Shown here: in pieces, positions 56,325 through 64,000 of the stretch
How the letters are laid out: each line of letters starts with the position of its first letter
Numbering within the stretch: the stretch's first letter is position 1
Assembly: GCA_024742285.1 (NCBI GenBank)
Contig: JANSYR010000009.1
Location: 193,443 to 257,442 of the forward strand
Length of the DNA: 64,000 bases
Reading direction: 5' to 3'
Source of the DNA: a bacterium
Lineage (GTDB): Bacteria > Myxococcota_A > UBA9160 > UBA4427
Notes under the pieces: generated by a model
Told to the model about the DNA's origin: nothing
Databases searched by the model: none
Seen by the model: the letters and a program-made list of their open reading frames with translations, nothing else
Translations under genes and position numbers: made by a program

Positions 56325-57818
56325 CTATTCCTTCGCCCCGATCGGCGGCGCGCCGGCCGCGGTCCGTCCGGCCATCCGGCCGAAGAAGCTTCCGCCGCCG
56401 ATCGACATGCCGCTCGCGTAGTGGCGCCCGGAGCGGGTGAGCCCCGCGGACGCGCGACCCGCGGCGAAGAGACCCGGAACGACGGTGCCGTCGACGCTCA
56501 GGACCTCGCCGGTCGGCTTCGTGTCGAGTCCGCCCAGGGTGAAGGCGGCCCACACGGCGTTGTCGACGCCGAGATCGAGGGCAGCGTAGGGCGGGTGGTC
56601 GACGGGCGTGACCCACTTGCTCGCCTTGTGGAAGACGGGATCCTCGCCCTTCGCAGCCGCGGCGTTGTAGGCCTCGACCGTGTGAACGAGCTCGCCCGCC
56701 GGAATGCCCAGGGATTCCTCGAGCTCCTCGAGGGTCTCTTCGACCGCCGCCATGGGGTAGGGCACGAACTGATTCTCGGCGTCGTAGAGCGCGTCGTCGA
56801 CGATCAGATACGCGCGACCGTCCGCCTTCGTGAGGATCGCGTCGGTCACGCGTCCGTGGTAGCAGTCCTCGTTCACGAAGCGGCTGCCCTGCGCGTTCAC
56901 GAGCAGTCCGCTGATGTGCGTGTTGGGCGGGAAGAAGGGCGTCGTCATCAGCCCCTCGTGCATGTTGATCGCGTTTCCGCCGACCCCCATGCCCATCCGG
57001 ATGCCGCTGCCGTCGCAGCCGTCGCTCCCGATCGGGTACTTGCAGCGAAGCAGGTGCGGCGCGAAACGCTCGAGCATCTCGCGGTTCATCACGAAGCCGC
57101 CGGTCGTGAGGATCACGCCCCCCTTCGCGCGGATCGCGACCGATTCGCCGCCGATCTCGGCGATCACGCCGACGATGCGGCCGTCGGCGTCCTCCCGGAC
57201 CAGCGTCTCGACCTTCGCTTCGTTCCGGATCTCGCCCCCTTCCTTCTCGATCGTCTCGATCATCCGCTCCATCAGGTAGGTGCCGGCGCTCGCCTCCCAT
57301 TTCGGCTTGTGACCGCGCGGAACCGGCTTCGCTTCCTCGGAGAAGGGCCAGGCCTGCTCGTTGCCGGAATAGATCAGGCAGTCGTCCGTTGGCGGGAAGA
57401 TCACCTTCTCCTCGTAGTAGGTGTCCTTGAACTCGACGCCGCAGGAGAGGAAGAAGTCGAAGTGGTCGAGGCTGTTCTCGCAATAGAGTCGGACCTTCTC
57501 CGGGTCGGCGGTGGGGCCCGCGGCGCCCTTCACGTGGGCGAGCATGTTCTCGACCGAGTCCTCGAAGCCGTTCGCCTTCTGGACCCGCGTGCCGCCGCCG
57601 AAGTAGATCGTGCCCTCGGAGTTCGCGGTCGCGCCGCCGCCGCGGGTCTGCTGCTCGAGGACCAGGACGGAAGCGCCGGCGCGTCGCGCCTCGACCGCGG
57701 CGGCGCCCCCGGCGATGCCGAGCCCGACCACGATCACGTCGAACTCGCTCTCCCACGAATCGATGGAGGCGGCGGAGCGGGGCTTCGAGGGAAGGGCGTT
57801 CGGTTCGTTCTCGGACAT
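56325..57818 (-). CDS. FAD-dependent oxidoreductase (FAD_binding_2; KstD/fumarate-reductase-flavoprotein-like)
   Basis: FDVIVVGLGIAGGAAAVEA dinucleotide fold, and C-terminal VPGLFAAGRASAG. Confidence 0.8.
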   Translation of the reverse strand: MSENEPNALPSKPRSAASIDSWESEFDVIVVGLGIAGGAAAVEARRAGASVLVLEQQTRGGGATANSEGTIYFGGGTRVQKANGFEDSVENMLAHVKGAAGPTADPEKVRLYCENSLDHFDFFLSCGVEFKDTYYEEKVIFPPTDDCLIYSGNEQAWPFSEEAKPVPRGHKPKWEASAGTYLMERMIETIEKEGGEIRNEAKVETLVREDADGRIVGVIAEIGGESVAIRAKGGVILTTGGFVMNREMLERFAPHLLRCKYPIGSDGCDGSGIRMGMGVGGNAINMHEGLMTTPFFPPNTHISGLLVNAQGSRFVNEDCYHGRVTDAILTKADGRAYLIVDDALYDAENQFVPYPMAAVEETLEELEESLGIPAGELVHTVEAYNAAAAKGEDPVFHKASKWVTPVDHPPYAALDLGVDNAVWAAFTLGGLDTKPTGEVLSVDGTVVPGLFAAGRASAGLTRSGRHYASGMSIGGGSFFGRMAGRTAAGAPPIGAKE

Positions 57819-57973
57819 GGCGGACTCCTGCAGATCGGCGTCGGGGCGACGGAGCGTAGCCGCTCGTCTCGCCCCTCCGCCCGCGGGTGTGTCGCCAGCG
57901 GAACGCGGCCGAGCGGCCGTTCTCGCGAGGCTCGGGGCATTTTCGGCCTTCGGATCGTCTCGGATGGGATAGG

Positions 57974-58792
57974 GTGCCTCTTGTGCCCGAGGTCCTCGCC
58001 CAGCGCCTGGTCGGTCTCGTCGCGGCCTGCGCGCTCGCGCTCGCTGCGGTCGCCGCGAGCGCGAACGCCGGGACGGGAGATCCCGCCGAACCGGACCCGA
58101 GCGGGTCGACCGCGCCCTTCGTCGCCGTCGCGTACGGGACCGGCTTCGACTTCAGTCGCGGAGACTACGGGCTCGATCGCGACTCGAGTCTCTACTACGT
58201 CCCCTTCGACCTGACGATCGACGTCGACTACTGGCGCTTCGTCGCGCGCGTCCCCTTCCTCTACTCCGACGGGGTCGTGGGCACCGCCGTGGTCGGCCCG
58301 ACGGGGCTCGAGTCCGATCGCGTCTCCGGGCTCGGGGACTCGATCACGCAGGTCTCCCATCTCTTCGCGCCGTTGGGCGAGAGCCTTCCCTGGGTCGAGC
58401 TCGGCGGCCAGATCTCCTGGCCGACGCGCACGCGCGAGCCCCTCGGTCAGGGAGACTTCGCGTTCGCCGCGCAGATCGATGCCTTCCAGTCGTACGGCGA
58501 CTGGACGCCCTTCGCGCGATTCGGCCGAAACTTCTACCTCGTCGGATCCCTCGACGACCGCTTCTACACGTCGGTCGGCGCGAGCTACGCCTGGAGCGAC
58601 ACGTTCGCCACCGGGCTCAGCTATGACTGGCTCGAGTCGGCCGCGTCGGGAGTCCGCGACGGGCACGAGATCGTCCCCTACCTCTCGGTCGACTTCGACG
58701 GAGGTTGGAATCTCGGCCCCTACGCGGTGGTCGGTCTTTCGTCCGGCTCGCCGGACTACGGGGTCGGTTTCTCGGTGGGTCTCCGGCGATGA
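57974..58792 (+). CDS. Outer-membrane beta-barrel channel (MetA-pathway/'transporter' family-like)
   Basis: Signal peptide LVGLVAACALALAAVAASANA, alternating beta-strand pattern, a SGLGDS motif, and an aromatic C-terminus region. The GTG start at 57974 is tentative. Confidence 0.5.
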   Translation: MPLVPEVLAQRLVGLVAACALALAAVAASANAGTGDPAEPDPSGSTAPFVAVAYGTGFDFSRGDYGLDRDSSLYYVPFDLTIDVDYWRFVARVPFLYSDGVVGTAVVGPTGLESDRVSGLGDSITQVSHLFAPLGESLPWVELGGQISWPTRTREPLGQGDFAFAAQIDAFQSYGDWTPFARFGRNFYLVGSLDDRFYTSVGASYAWSDTFATGLSYDWLESAASGVRDGHEIVPYLSVDFDGGWNLGPYAVVGLSSGSPDYGVGFSVGLRR

Positions 58793-58907
58793 CCCCCGGT
58801 CGGGTCGGCGTGGAACGGGCGCGTTAACGTCGCTGCCCTACGCAGACTCCGCGCCTCCGCGGCGGCGATCCGTCGCCGTCGTCGCGCGACACCGGGAGGA
58901 TCCCCCC

Positions 58908-59759
58908 ATGAAGTTCGGAATCATGTTCGCGAACGCCGGCCCCTTCGGCGCGGCGGAAGGCCTCGTTCACCTCGCCCAGACGGCGGAGTCCGTCGGCGTC
59001 GAGTCGCTCTGGACCGTCGAGCACGTGATCGTGCCCAAGGGCTACGAGTCGAAGTACCCGTACAGCCCCGACGGCAAGATGCCCGGGACCGAGGAGAGCC
59101 CGATCCCGGATCCCTACGTGTGGATGGCCTACGCCGCTGCCGTCACGAAGACGATCAACCTGGCGAGCGGGATCATCATCCTTCCCCAGCGCCATCCCTT
59201 CTATGTGGCGAAGGAAGCCGCCACCCTCGACCAGCTCTCCGGCGGGCGACACATCCTCGGCGTCGGGGTCGGTTGGCTCGAGGAGGAGTTCGACGCGCTC
59301 AAGGTGCCCTTCGAGAAGCGCGGACCGATCACGGACGAGTCGATCCGGGCCCTGCGCGACCTCTGGTCGCCGGGGGCCTCGATGCACGAGGGCGACTACT
59401 ACAAATGGGGCGAAGTCGAGTCGAACCCGAAGCCCGTGAACGGCAAGGTGCCGATCGTGATCGGGGGCCACACGAAGGTCGCGGCCCGACGCGCCGCCCG
59501 GCTCGGCGACGGCTTCTTCCCGGCCCGCGCCGACACGCTCGAGACCTGCCTGGCCGAGCTCAAGGCCGAATGCGAGAAGGTCGGTCGCGACCCCGGTGAG
59601 ATCGAGATCACGACGGGCTCCACCCCGACACCGGACGAGATCAAGCGCCTCGAGGACATGGGCGTCTCCCGCTTCATCGTCCCGCCGCCCGGCTTCACGC
59701 CGGACCAGGTGACCGCGGGCCTCGAGAAGCTCGGCAACGAGCTCATCTCGAAGTTCTAG
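58908..59759 (+). CDS. LLM class oxidoreductase (TIGR03619-like, probably F420-dependent)
   Basis: MKFGIMFAN...VGVESLWTVEHVIVP...INLASGIIILPQRHPFYVAKEAATLDQLSGGRHILGVGVGW...VPIVIGGHTKVAARRA. ATG at 58908 with GGGAGGA upstream. Confidence 0.8.
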   Translation: MKFGIMFANAGPFGAAEGLVHLAQTAESVGVESLWTVEHVIVPKGYESKYPYSPDGKMPGTEESPIPDPYVWMAYAAAVTKTINLASGIIILPQRHPFYVAKEAATLDQLSGGRHILGVGVGWLEEEFDALKVPFEKRGPITDESIRALRDLWSPGASMHEGDYYKWGEVESNPKPVNGKVPIVIGGHTKVAARRAARLGDGFFPARADTLETCLAELKAECEKVGRDPGEIEITTGSTPTPDEIKRLEDMGVSRFIVPPPGFTPDQVTAGLEKLGNELISKF

Positions 59760-59849
59760 CGCCGAGGGAGACGCGCGAACGCACGTCGCGTACGCCGTCC
59801 GGCTCCGCCGGGCGGCGCTTCGCGTTCGGGCGTGCCAAAGTCCCGCGCG

Positions 59850-61790
59850 ATGCCCGTCCTCGACGCCACGCAGCTCCGGAAATCCGTCGGGGATCGAACG
59901 CTCCTCGACGACGTGACGCTCACGATCCGTCGAGGCGAGAAGGTGGGTCTCGTCGGGCAGAACGGGTCGGGCAAGAGCAGCCTCGCGCGGGTGTTGGCCG
60001 GGATCGACGAGGTCGATGGGGGACGGATCGCGCGGCGACGCGACTCGACCGTCGGCTACCTCGCCCAGGAGCCCGTCTTCCCGGCGGGCGAACGCGTGCG
60101 GGACGTCGTCCTGGCGAGCCTCGTGACGTGGTCGGCGCTGCGTCGTCGCTTCGACGAGCTGACCACGGCGCTCGGCGAGACGGACGATCCGGACGAGCAG
60201 ACGCGCCTCGCCGCCGAGCAGGCCGAGGTCGGCGAGGCCCTCGAACGGGAAGGCGGCTGGGAGCGGGAGCACGAAGCGGAAGCGACGCTCCTCCATCTCG
60301 GGATCGCCGATCCCGACCGGCTCGTCGAGACCCTCTCCGGCGGCGAGGCCCGCCGGGTCGCCCTCGCGCAGCTCCTCGTCTCGGCGCCGGACCTCGCGAT
60401 CCTCGACGAGCCCACGAACCACCTCGACCTGGGCACGATCGAGTGGCTCGAAGAGCACCTGCGTGATCGCTTCGACGGCGCGGTCCTGCTGATCAGCCAC
60501 GATCGTCACGTCCTCGACGCCGTGACGACGCGGACCCTCGAGATCCACGAGGGGCGGGTCGAGAGCTACGACGGGGGCTATGCCCGATACCTCGTCGCGA
60601 AGGCGGAGCGCGAGGCGCATGCGGAGCGCACCTGGCGCAACACGCGGAACTTCCTGCGTCGCGAGGTCGAGTGGCTACGGCGAATGCCGAAGGCGCGGGG
60701 GACCAAGCAGAAGGCCCGCGTCGCCCGCGCGGAGGCGGCCCTCGACGAGAAGGCACCGCAGGTCGAACGCCAGGCCGACCTCCGGATGCAGTCGGCGCGC
60801 CAGGGCAAGACCATCCTCGACCTGTCCGGGGTGGCCCTCGAGCGCGACGGGCGTCGACTCGTCTCCGGGATCGACCTGGCGCTTCGCCCCGGCGACCGGA
60901 TCGGGATCGTCGGCCCGAACGGGTCGGGCAAGACGACGCTCCTGCTCGCGATCCTCGGTCGGCTCGAGATCGCCGAGGGAGAGATCGAGCGCGGGACGAC
61001 GACGAAGATCGGCTACCTCGACCAGGCCCGGACCGAGCTCGACCCGAAGGCGACGGTCCGCGAGGCGGCGGTCGGGGACGCGAACGAGATCGTGATCGGC
61101 GAGGAGCGGCTCTCGATCGGGAGCTATCTCGAACGCTTCCTCTTCGACCACGCGGCCCAGCGTCGGAAGGTCGGCGAGCTGTCTGGCGGCGAACGCGCGC
61201 GGGTCTGTCTCGCGCGGCTGCTCTCGCAGAAGTGCAACCTGCTGCTGCTCGACGAGCCGACGAACGACCTCGACGTGATGACGCTCTCGGCGCTCGAGGG
61301 GATGCTCCTCGACTTCGGCGGGAGCCTGCTGCTGGTGAGCCACGATCGCTGGCTCCTCGACCGCGTCTCGACGGGGATCCTCGCGTTCGAGGAGGACCGA
61401 CGCGTGGACCTCCACGCGGGCAGCTACTCCGACTACCGCGAACGTCGCGAGCGCGAGGAGGCGCGCGCCTCCTCGAAGACCGCGTCCGCGAGCGAGAAGC
61501 CGCGCGCCGCGGTGAAGCCGGAGCGCGAAGGGAAGCCGGCGAGGAAGGCGCGCAAGCTCACCCACGCGGAGCGGCGGGAGCTCGACGGCATGATGGAGGG
61601 GATCGAGGCCGCTGAGGCCGAGGTCGAGCGCGTCCAGACGAAGCTCGCGGATCCGGAGCTCTATCAGGGGGACGGAGAACGGGTCGCCGCGCTCCGGAGC
61701 GAACTCGAAGCGGCCGAGGCCGAGGTCCTGCGGCTCACCGAGCGCTGGGAAGAGCTCGAAGCGGTCGCAGAGGCTGCGGACGGGCGTTAG
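59850..61790 (+). CDS. ABC-F family ATPase (Uup-like, C-terminal coiled coil)
   Basis: Two Walker A motifs (GQNGSGKSS, GPNGSGKTT), two ABC signatures (LSGGEARRV, LSGGERARV), no TM domain, and an acidic/coiled C-terminus. Confidence 0.9.
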   Translation: MPVLDATQLRKSVGDRTLLDDVTLTIRRGEKVGLVGQNGSGKSSLARVLAGIDEVDGGRIARRRDSTVGYLAQEPVFPAGERVRDVVLASLVTWSALRRRFDELTTALGETDDPDEQTRLAAEQAEVGEALEREGGWEREHEAEATLLHLGIADPDRLVETLSGGEARRVALAQLLVSAPDLAILDEPTNHLDLGTIEWLEEHLRDRFDGAVLLISHDRHVLDAVTTRTLEIHEGRVESYDGGYARYLVAKAEREAHAERTWRNTRNFLRREVEWLRRMPKARGTKQKARVARAEAALDEKAPQVERQADLRMQSARQGKTILDLSGVALERDGRRLVSGIDLALRPGDRIGIVGPNGSGKTTLLLAILGRLEIAEGEIERGTTTKIGYLDQARTELDPKATVREAAVGDANEIVIGEERLSIGSYLERFLFDHAAQRRKVGELSGGERARVCLARLLSQKCNLLLLDEPTNDLDVMTLSALEGMLLDFGGSLLLVSHDRWLLDRVSTGILAFEEDRRVDLHAGSYSDYRERREREEARASSKTASASEKPRAAVKPEREGKPARKARKLTHAERRELDGMMEGIEAAEAEVERVQTKLADPELYQGDGERVAALRSELEAAEAEVLRLTERWEELEAVAEAADGR

Positions 61791-62782
61791 ACGCGCTGGC
61801 CGCCCGCGACGAAGATGATCGCGGCGAGCAGGACGAGCAGCCCGACGAAGGTCAGGATTCCCCGCCGCGCGGAGGACTTCGCGCGCTCTTCGAGCCACCA
61901 GTTGCGCGGGCGCATGCCGCGCCAGGCGAAAGTCAGGATCGCGGCGAGGGTGACGGCGGTGATGTTGCTGGCCGCGAGGAGGAGCGCGTTCGCTGCGCCG
62001 GCCCAGTTGCCGGACGAGAAGAGCATCCCGCTCGCGACGGTTGGCGGGAGCAGGGCGACGGCGACCATCACGCCGGTCAGGTAGGTGGGCGCGCCGCTCG
62101 TGAAGGCGAGCGCGCCGGCGCAGCCGGCGGCGAGGGCGAGGATCAGATCCCAGATCCCGACCTGCGTCCGCGAAGCGAGCTCCGGCGTGGTCGGGTCGGC
62201 GCCCAGGGCGAAGCCCAGGAAGACGGCGAATACGAGGGTGAGCATGAAGCCCGCGCCCGCGGCGACGAGGGCACGACGCACGAGCGGGAAGTCGCCGAGC
62301 ACGAGGCCGAGGGCGATCGCCATGTTCGGTCCGAGCAGGGGGGCGACGACCATCGCGCCGATCACGGCGGCGGTGTTGTCGTTGGCGAGGCCGACGCCGG
62401 CGACGATCGCGGCGAGCACGACGAGGGTCAGGTAGTGGCGGTGGAGCTTCGCGCCGTCGGCGATGTTCGCGTAGACCTCTTCGCGACTGACCGCCGCGGA
62501 GCGGACCCGTTCGGCCCGCGCGGGATGATGCGTCGCCGCTGGTCGCGGGATCACCGCGTCGAGGGGCTCGATCAGGACCATGAGACGCCCGCGATCCGCG
62601 AGGGTCTCGTGGAGCGCGTCGACGGCGCCCCCCGACTTCTCCGCGCCGATCACCGCGCGGACGACACTGCCGAAGCGGCCCCCGGCCTCGGTCCACGTCT
62701 GTTCCGCGCGATCCTGCAGGAGGTCTTCCGCTTCCGAGGCGAACTCCGAGGGGACGTGGGCTTCGAGGATCTTGAGGGCCAT
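61787..62782 (-). CDS. DUF389 (TIGR00341) family membrane protein
   Basis: Soluble N-terminal domain, then HYLTLVVLAAIVAGVGLANDNTAAVIGAMVVAPLLGPNMAIALG. ATG at 62782; the track start is 62818. Confidence 0.65.
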   Translation of the reverse strand: MALKILEAHVPSEFASEAEDLLQDRAEQTWTEAGGRFGSVVRAVIGAEKSGGAVDALHETLADRGRLMVLIEPLDAVIPRPAATHHPARAERVRSAAVSREEVYANIADGAKLHRHYLTLVVLAAIVAGVGLANDNTAAVIGAMVVAPLLGPNMAIALGLVLGDFPLVRRALVAAGAGFMLTLVFAVFLGFALGADPTTPELASRTQVGIWDLILALAAGCAGALAFTSGAPTYLTGVMVAVALLPPTVASGMLFSSGNWAGAANALLLAASNITAVTLAAILTFAWRGMRPRNWWLEERAKSSARRGILTFVGLLVLLAAIIFVAGGQRV

Positions 62783-62839
62783 GCTTGCTCCGTTTCGTGC
62801 GCCCGGAGGGTAGGCCACCGCTTCCGTCGGGCCGCGCGC

Positions 62840-63289
62840 TCATCCTCCGAAGAGCCGACGAAGCCGGTAGTGCCGCCAGGCGAAGACCGCCCGGAAGACG
62901 AGCGCCTGGATCGGCTCCAGGATCGGGACCTTCGACTCGAACTCGAGCCGGTCGACGACGCGGGTTCCGGCGCCGTCGTCCTCGAAGGTGCGCTCGTGCT
63001 CCCATCGCTTCTGGGTAAGCATCGTCGATCGCTCGAGGAAGCGGCGGCCCGGCTCGAGCTCGATGAAGACGAGGTCGTCGTACTCGACCGGGATCAGTCC
63101 GAAGAGCAGGATCCAGCTGCGGCAGATCCGCTCGCCGAGAGTCACCGCCGTGAGGTCCTCGAGCTGCGGCGGGAACGTCATCCGCAGGAAGGGGCGGAAC
63201 TCGCGATCGAGGTCCGAGGGTCGCGTCGCGTGACGCCAGACCGTGTCCCGGCTGGCAGCGACCCGACTCTCCGCGGTGAACGTCCGCAC
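62840..63289 (-). CDS. SRPBCC (START/polyketide-cyclase-like) superfamily protein
   Basis: 149 aa. Starts MRTFTAESRVAASRDTVWRHATRPSDL, which fits the family. Confidence 0.6.
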   Translation of the reverse strand: MRTFTAESRVAASRDTVWRHATRPSDLDREFRPFLRMTFPPQLEDLTAVTLGERICRSWILLFGLIPVEYDDLVFIELEPGRRFLERSTMLTQKRWEHERTFEDDGAGTRVVDRLEFESKVPILEPIQALVFRAVFAWRHYRLRRLFGG

Positions 63290-63296
63290 GGTCGCT

Positions 63297-63806
63297 TTAG
63301 GTGCCGGCGCGGGACATTCTCGGGATGTCCTTCCCGAGGAAGACCCGCGCGCCGAGGATCATCGGCGCGATCAGCCACGGCAGGTTGAACACCAGGTAGT
63401 AGAAGGTGTTCGGCGGCGGGTGCGGGCCCAGGAACGTCTGTGTGAAGTAGAAGAACATGTTCGTGATCGCCGCGCCCGAATAGAAGAGGCCGAGCGGGCG
63501 GAGCCACGCGCGCAGACGGAAGAGGCCGATCATCACAAAGAGGAGCGCCGGGGCCTGGAAGAGCCCGTCGAAGAGGGTCGCGGCGATCAGGTTCGGCGGC
63601 GGGTCGAGGTGGGCGGGTTCTTCGGCGACCGCCCAGTCGTGGAGCGCGCGGAGCGGCGGCCAGGGGCTGTCGGCGGAGACCGGAACGCCGAGCCCTTCCG
63701 GCAGGCTGAACAGGAAGCCGTAGAGCACGGAGATCGAGAAAAAGAGGGCTAGGCCCAGGTCGAGGGGTCGCTTGTGGATCGGTTTCACGTCCGTGTGTTC
63801 GTTCAT
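63297..63806 (-). CDS. EXPERA-domain (EBP/TMEM97-like) four-helix membrane protein
   Basis: Four TM helices. DPPPNLIAATLFDGLFQAPALLFVMIGLF...WLRPLGLFYSGAAITNMFFYF resembles the TMEM97/EBP pattern (PP.W...E..FQ.PFF...WIR.P..IY). Confidence 0.55.
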   Translation of the reverse strand: MNEHTDVKPIHKRPLDLGLALFFSISVLYGFLFSLPEGLGVPVSADSPWPPLRALHDWAVAEEPAHLDPPPNLIAATLFDGLFQAPALLFVMIGLFRLRAWLRPLGLFYSGAAITNMFFYFTQTFLGPHPPPNTFYYLVFNLPWLIAPMILGARVFLGKDIPRMSRAGT

Positions 63807-63816
63807 GGCTTTGCAC

Positions 63817-64000
63817 TCAGCTCCGTGTTTCCGCCTCGACCCACGTGGCGTACTCGGCGTTCACGTGGGCGACGGGGGTTCCGACGATGCTCGGCACGTC
63901 GTAGGGATGGAGTTCGCGGACCGCTTCGCAGAGCGCGTCGAAGAGATCGTCCCGGGTCTTCACCAGGAGGGGCGTCTCGTCCTCGGCTTCGATCTTGCCC
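63817..64000 (-). CDS. cutA: Divalent-cation tolerance protein CutA, C-terminal part (gene continues past the right edge)
   Basis: Hand translation ...GKIEAEDETPLLVKTRDDLFDALCEAVRELHPYDVPSIVGTPVAHVNAEYATWVEAETRS-stop(63817-63819). The HPY(D/E)VP motif is typical of CutA. Confidence 0.6.
   Translation of the reverse strand, partial: GKIEAEDETPLLVKTRDDLFDALCEAVRELHPYDVPSIVGTPVAHVNAEYATWVEAETRS

Noticed and set aside
60675-63005. 776-aa minus-strand ORF over the ABC-F and DUF389 genes, plus the similar 22771-24687 (638 aa) and 56421-58214 (597 aa) ORFs
   Set aside because: These are shadow ORFs opposite or out of frame with genes that have strong motifs (Walker A/ABC signature, Asp-boxes, FAD fold).

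Overview
GC-rich (about two-thirds G+C by eye) chromosomal segment from what looks like a diderm bacterium, judging by lipoprotein signals and an outer-membrane beta-barrel gene. I call about 66 protein genes, tightly packed on both strands. I saw no rRNA, tRNA, CRISPR array, transposase or integrase. The content is a few housekeeping genes (valS, gpmI, folP, ribosomal proteins S14 and L31) inside a large set of redox and catabolic enzymes: four luciferase-like (LLM) oxidoreductases, five SDRs, a P450, an acyl-CoA dehydrogenase, a KstD-like flavoprotein, VOC proteins, alpha/beta hydrolases, NTF2-like proteins, a GST and two GFA proteins. There are also regulators (TetR, MarR) and second-messenger proteins (GGDEF, PilZ, cNMP-binding). 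Many long ORFs in the supplied track are antisense shadow ORFs or in-frame upstream run-ons typical of high-GC DNA, and I trimmed or rejected them. Main observations, in order of interest: (1) a lower-GC island (about 52.96-56.32 kb) holding a single 1006-aa ORF with no family I can recognise; (2) a SelW/Rdx-like selenoprotein gene with an in-frame UGA and a SECIS-like hairpin, split by the ORF track; (3) a DHPS (folP) carrying the sequence motifs of the Sul1/2/3 sulfonamide-insensitive clade; (4) a likely zinc-independent S14/L31-type-B paralog operon with a palindrome in its leader; (5) a VOC gene broken by an in-frame TAA; (6) short hairpin repeats and an 81-bp tandem duplication in intergenic DNA; (7) several uncharacterised operons (NTF2/isochorismatase/DUF2855/VOC/hydrolase; CutA/EXPERA/SRPBCC/DUF389; hydrolase-cytochrome c fusion plus YkgJ). 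All family calls come from motif recognition by eye, and none was checked against a database.
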